The notes beneath the pieces are model-generated. The model was given only the letters and a program-made list of their open reading frames with translations, ran no database searches and was not told the DNA's origin. Positions 59,981 through 64,000 of a DNA stretch of 64,000 bases are shown piece by piece. The number at the start of each line of letters is the position of its first letter. Position 1 is the stretch's first letter. Origin of the DNA: Stegostoma tigrinum (taxonomy: Eukaryota); assembly GCF_030684315.1 (NCBI RefSeq), contig NC_081373.1, positions 42,577,173 to 42,641,172 on the forward strand. The letters are read 5' to 3'. The position numbers were made by a program, and so were the translations under genes.

Positions 59981-60457
59981 ATGGGGAGTGTTAACAAGGA
60001 AACAGTTGAACAATACTTGGAGAACAACCCACAATTTGCCAAGGAATACTTTGACAGGAAGCTCAGGCCAGAAACGATTGGCGCAATCTTCAATGGGACA
60101 AAGGTGGGATTGGAGGGTGGGGCTTCCTTCAAAGACCTGTGCAAGTTGGAAGAGTCTGACATTGTTTTTGAGCTGGTCAAGGAGCTACAGGATGACTCCA
60201 ATGTCGAGAAGCAGATGCACAAGGTACTGCAAAGGATTGTCACTCTGGTCAGTGCAGACAGAGGCAGCTTGTTCATATTCAGATCAAGGAATGGTATTGC
60301 AGAACTGGCCACAAGACTCTTTAATGTGACCAGAGACTCCAGTTTTGAGAATAATCTTGTGCCTCCCCAAGGCGAGATTGTTTTCCCTTTGGATATCGGG
60401 GTAGTGGGATGGACAGCAAAAACCAAGAAGATTCAGAATGTTCCTGACGTTACAAAG
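59981..60457 (+). CDS. PDE6C: Cone cGMP phosphodiesterase 6C alpha' subunit, coding exon 1 (gene continues beyond the window)
   Basis: MGSVNKETVEQYLENNPQFAKEYFDRKLR...ADRGS...SRNG...FPLDIGVVGW...NVPDVTK (GAF-A start). 477 nt, phase-0 donor AAG|GTCTGT. Synteny with RBP4 and FFAR4 favours PDE6C over PDE6A/B. Confidence 0.93.
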
Positions 60458-60724
60458 GTCTGTTGCTGTCAAACGTTTGACATGCATTCTATAATTGGTA
60501 GTAGCTATGCTTAATTCAAACCAGTAATTTGTACCAGAAACTTCCTTGAAAGAGTTAACTAACTCTCATTGTTTACAATATGTGAATGTTACGAGAAATG
60601 TAATGGTGTAGATTGCAAGATATAAAAGCAAAATACTAATTAATCTCCTGCTTTACTCCTCCATCTGTGTCATCTTTGCAGTGGGAGTTGTGTGGCTCCC
60701 AGTCTCTTTTTTGTAATTAGCATA

Positions 60725-62040
60725 ACAGGAATCGATGGGTATTGGGGGCAAACTCTCCACTGCTTGGAGTCATACCTGGCTCATAGAAAGATGGTCGTGG
60801 TTGTTGCAGGTCAGTCATCTCAGCTCCAACACATTTCTGCAAGAGGTCTTCAGGGTATTGTCCTAGGTCCAGCCATCTTCAGCTGCTTCATTCATGATCT
60901 TCCCTCCATCATAAGGTCAGAGATGTTCATCGATGATTGCACAATGTTTAGCACCATTTGTGACTCCTCAGATACTGAAACAGCCCGTGTTCAAATGCAA
61001 CAAGATCTAGACGATATCCAGGCTTGGTCTGCCAAGTGACAAGTAATATTCACGCCTCACAAATGCCAGGCTATGACTATCACCAATAAAAGACAATCTA
61101 ACCCTCGCCCCTTGACATTCAATGGTGTTACTGTCATTAAATACCCCACCACCAACATCCTCGGGGTTATCATTGACCAGAAACTCAACTGGACCCACCA
61201 TATAAACACAGTAGCTACACGAGCAGGTCAGAAGCTAGGAATACTGTAGCAAGTAACTCATCCCCTGACTCCTCAAAGCTTGTCCACCATCGAGAAGGCA
61301 CAAGTCAGGAATATAAGATAACAAAGTGTGGAGCTGGATGAACACAGCAGGGCAAGCAACATCTCAGGAGCACAAAAGCTGACGTTTCGGGCCTAGACCC
61401 TTCATCAGGTCTAGGCCCGAAACGTCAGCTTTTGTGCTCCTGAGATGCTGCTTGGCCTGCTGTGTTCATCCAGCTCCATACTTTGTTATCTTGGATTCTA
61501 CAGCATCTGCAGTTCCCATTATCACAAGTCAGGAATGTGATGGAATATTCCCCACTTGCCTGGATGAGTGCAGCCTAAACAACAATCAAGAAGCTTGATA
61601 CCATCCAGGACAAAGCAGCCCGCTTGATCGGCACTTCATCCACAAGCATCCACTCCTTCCACTTCAGTCCTCAGTAGCAATGATATGTACTATCTACAAG
61701 ATGCACTGCACAAATTCACCAAAGATCCTCAGATAGCACCTGTCATGCCCACAACCACTTCCATCTAGGAGGACGAGGGCAGCAGATACATGGAAACACT
61801 GTCACCTTCAAGTTCCCCTTCAAGCCATTCACCACCCTGACTTGAAAATATATCGCCGTTCCTTCACTGTCGTTAGGTCAAAATCCTGGGCTTACCTCCC
61901 TAATAGCACTGTGGGCCAACCCACAGCATGTGGACCGCAGCGGTTCAAGAAAGAAGCTCACCACCACCTTCTCAAGAACAACTAGGGATAGGCAAGAAAT
62001 GCTGGCCAGCCAGCGACTCCCACATCCCAGAAATAAAGGA
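60725..62040 (+). mobile_element. CR1-like LINE 3' part in PDE6C intron 1
   Basis: ORF 60692-61039: LESYLAHRKMVVVV...QGIVLGPAIFSCFIHDLP...MFIDDCT. Confidence 0.9.
61313..61522 (-). mobile_element. Fold-back Penelope-derived insert with hammerhead core
   Basis: 85-bp arms (61315-61399 and 61408-61492, 3 mismatches). Minus strand CTGATGAAGGGTCTAGGCCCGAAACGTC at 61408-61381. Exact repeat CACAAGTCAGGAAT at 61299-61312 and 61523-61536. Confidence 0.9.
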
Positions 62041-62369
62041 ATAGAAGAAAAGCCAGCCATGCTAACCACGCAATACCACGTTGCCCTTGATTCTGTCAAT
62101 AAATGAATTATGACTTGGCTGCAATGAATGTTGCATATGCGGAAGGTTGCTTTAATTGTTAAATTGTTAATTGCTAGCTGGAACTTTTAAAGTTGTGACA
62201 GTAAAAGTTGGATAGGTCTGTTTTTCTGATGTCATTAAACAGTTAGAAGTTTGAAAAGTGTAGGAGCTCCAAAAACTCTAAAACCAGTTTGACACTCCAC
62301 TGGAGCTATAAAATGTTGAAAATGTTTAGAATTGGTATGAATGTTGTTATAGGAATGCATCTGATTTTT

Positions 62370-62755
62370 TTTTTCTTCATTTGTTGAGTGATTGTGGGCA
62401 GCGCTGGCTAAACCAGCATTTATGGCCCTTACCTAAAGTCAGAGAGCAGTTAAGAGTTAACACATTGTTCTGCTCTGGGCCTGGAGTCACCTGTAGGCCA
62501 GCCCAGGTAAGGATGGCAGTTTCCTTTTCTAAAGGACATTAGTGAACCAGATGGGTTTTTATACCCATCTGTTCGTCGATGTTCGTACAAAAATGGCCTT
62601 GTGGTGGCAATTAAGCTAGTTTTCTTCTTGTCCCAGATTTTTATTGAATTGAAAATTCATCACAGGTCACAGTGGAAAGTCAGATCCATGTCCCTAGAAC
62701 ATTAGCCTGGGGCTCTCGGTTACTAGTGCAGACAATTACCACAATGCTACCACGT
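62370..62755 (-). mobile_element. tRNA-derived SINE (same family as 49880-50215)
   Basis: ggtaaggatggcagtttcctt is the reverse complement of the core of the 49880 element. Confidence 0.7.
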
Positions 62756-64000
62756 AGCTGAAAGATAATATTATATGTTAGAAGTGAGAGGTTTTCTCAC
62801 AATACAAGAGGCTCTGTTTGTTGTGCTTTGTCTGGAGAAAAGCAAGAGCTCTAATTTGACTCAAATAATCTTCAAGCCGCTTGAAGTCTGCCATTGATAC
62901 ATAAAGTTTTAGAATAGGTCACATATATGGGTTCTGCCTGTGCAAACTGCCTTCAGGCACTAAAGCTCATAGCATATTGGAAGATTTTGTAAAGTGACAT
63001 GTCTGGTGTCTATTTTCTTTGGTTTCCTCTGTAGCTGGAAATACAACAACATCTTGCATTGATATAGAACTGTTCACGTATTAAAGTGACAAGTCACTTC
63101 ACAGGAGCATTATCAAACACAATTTGACACTGAGCCTTATTAGGAGATAATGGGTCAGATAAGCAAAAGCTTGATCAAAGGTTTAAAGGAGGATGGACAG
63201 TTCAAAAGGTTTAGGAATAGAATTCCAAAGCTTGCTGCCATGATAACTGAGGGCGTGGGTGTCAAAGTTCTCTGAAAATTGGCAACGGGAGGCTAGAAGT
63301 CAATCAACACAGAGATCTTGTGGGTTTTAGAAGTGAGGGGGATAACAGACATCAGGAGGCTACTGAGGGAATTCAACACAACAATGAGAATTTCAAATTT
63401 GAAGCACTGTGGGATTAGAAGCCAAAGTACGGTTGATGGGTAGGTAGGACCTGGTCAGCCGAAATTTAAAAAGGATGAAAGATGGGATGCCATTCATAGA
63501 AACGGTATTCATTAATTCTCGATACTTACAGTTGCACTTTATGTGGTTGTAATAAGTAGCAGTGTAAAGTTTTACTGCTGTTTTTAACCCTAAACCCTAA
63601 TACTTTCTTCTGAGAGTTAGCAAGAACTGCAGATGTTGGAGTCACAGGGAACACAGTATGGGGTTGGAAGAACACAGCATGCTTCAGCTGATATTTTGCT
63701 CATGTTAAAACCAAAATATCATGAAAAATCCTTTTCAGTTCTATACTGCAATTATATCATGTTTGATTATTTATCTGGACACGTATTTCACATTGAAAAT
63801 GAACCTATAGTAAACATACATATACAATGATACACAAATTTATGTACACCCTGAATATATGCTATTCGTACACATATGCAATACTTGCAGTTACGCAGCC
63901 TAGTTACACACTTGCTATGTCTGCAAATATGAATGCACACATGCTACCCATATAAATATAACACCCGTATTCAGAGCTACCCATGTATATTTCCCTACAA

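Noticed and set aside
63585-63600. Telomere-like taaccctaaaccctaa
   Set aside because: Only two imperfect units; expected by chance.
60458-64000. PDE6C exon 2
   Set aside because: No segment encoding the expected continuation of GAF-A was found; it presumably lies beyond the window.

Overview
Repeat-rich vertebrate genomic DNA, almost certainly from a cartilaginous fish (CR1/HER1-type LINEs, HE1-like tRNA SINEs and abundant Penelope remnants). It carries the conserved FFAR4(+) / RBP4(-) / PDE6C(+) block. FFAR4/GPR120 is complete in 3 coding exons (18275-29294, 360 aa). RBP4 is complete with 5 coding exons plus a candidate non-coding first exon (CDS 48948-30108, 195 aa). Only coding exon 1 of cone PDE6C is present (59981-60457). 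Most of the remainder is decayed CR1, L1/Tx1, Rex1-like, Penelope and SINE sequence plus several minisatellites. The most notable observations: (1) a family of short Penelope-derived inserts, mostly fold-back, carrying minimal hammerhead-ribozyme cores and 14-16 bp target-site duplications, found in introns of all three genes, one a perfect 89-bp-arm palindrome; (2) a Tx1 LINE whose RT region is replaced by a 309-bp copy of PDE6C upstream DNA that includes CRX/E-box motifs; (3) an RBP4 with four N-glycosylation sequons, a short C-terminus and an altered transthyretin-contact loop; (4) an isolated perfect 32-bp hairpin; (5) a 5S rRNA-tRNA chimeric SINE head. Comparisons to human proteins and repeat consensi are from memory; no database search was run.
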